Of a DNA stretch of 28,192 nt, positions 27,820 to 28,192 are shown in pieces. Numbering within the stretch: the stretch's first letter is position 1; each line of letters begins with the position of its first letter. The notes under the pieces were generated by a model, which was not told where the DNA came from, ran no database searches, and saw only the letters and a list, made by a program, of their open reading frames with translations. The position numbers were made by a program, and so were the translations under genes. The DNA comes from Gammaproteobacteria bacterium (GTDB lineage: Bacteria > Pseudomonadota > Gammaproteobacteria > GCA-002705445 > GCA-002716945), in NCBI GenBank assembly GCA_045561295.1, contig JBJKYD010000007.1:1-28192 (forward strand). Reading direction: 5' to 3'.

Positions 27820-28191
27820 TTATAGAGCTTTTATTATGTCTCGTGGGTAGTTCTTTAGAGTGAGCTTGAACGGAAGCTTCCCATCTTTTCCAGTTACCGT
27901 ATATCTCTCTGCACCTAATCTTGATAATTTAATCCACTCAGTATCATCATATTGTTCATCTAAAAGAAATTTTAAGTTTTTGTAATCTAAACAAGTAATA
28001 CCATTTATGTTACACACAAAAACTATAAATATATTGTTATGAAGTTCACTCATAATTTTAATCTCTTCCTGGTGCTGTCTCTTAAATGTAAAATTCCAAG
28101 GGGAAGCTCCTTTAGCTGAATATTTTATATATATTCCTATTTTATTATTTATTGTAAAAGAGTTTTTAGACTGTGTAGGAAATGAGGTTAT
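27820..28191 (-). CDS. Hypothetical protein, 5' end outside the window
   Basis: Frame is open to the right edge: ...NNKIGIYIKYSAKGASPWNFTFKRQHQEEIKIMSELHNNIFIVFVC...; the track ATG at 28053 is internal. Confidence 0.7.
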   Translation of the reverse strand: MTSFPTQSKNSFTINNKIGIYIKYSAKGASPWNFTFKRQHQEEIKIMSELHNNIFIVFVCNINGITCLDYKNLKFLLDEQYDDTEWIKLSRLGAERYTVTGKDGKLPFKLTLKNYPRDIIKAL

Positions 28192-28192
28192 A

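Noticed and set aside
1-28192. tRNA, tmRNA or rRNA genes
   Set aside because: No cloverleaf or rRNA-like sequence seen in any intergenic gap by eye.

Overview
AT-rich bacterial DNA with tightly packed genes; gene order and size suggest a streamlined, probably marine gammaproteobacterium (inference). About 1-13.3 kb is housekeeping: partial pepA-like gene, lptF-lptG, RDD protein, moeA, xerD-dsbC, sbcB, parE-parC, htpX, efp. About 13.4-21 kb is a mixed block: inverted-domain short photolyase, YhiN/HI0933 flavoprotein, MazG-like protein, DEAD-box helicase with a possibly structured leader, COG4337/iota-type carbonic anhydrase candidate, PQQ-dependent sugar dehydrogenase and several small membrane proteins. 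At 21005-27689 there is a ~6.7 kb genomic island bounded by a perfect 12-bp GC-rich direct repeat (CCTCCCCGCCCG) and paired TGGGGGTTAA arm-type sites. It carries a truncated P4-like integrase, a Met-rich orphan, a 4-repeat beta-flower-like protein, a small HTH-like protein, a LEM-3-like GIY-YIG nuclease with no canonical start codon, a KAP P-loop NTPase and a Cas4-like/DUF2779 double nuclease, so it is a candidate anti-phage cassette. A third, variant arm-site pair right of the second core suggests a second tandem element running off the window. All calls come from reading motifs by eye; no database searches were run.
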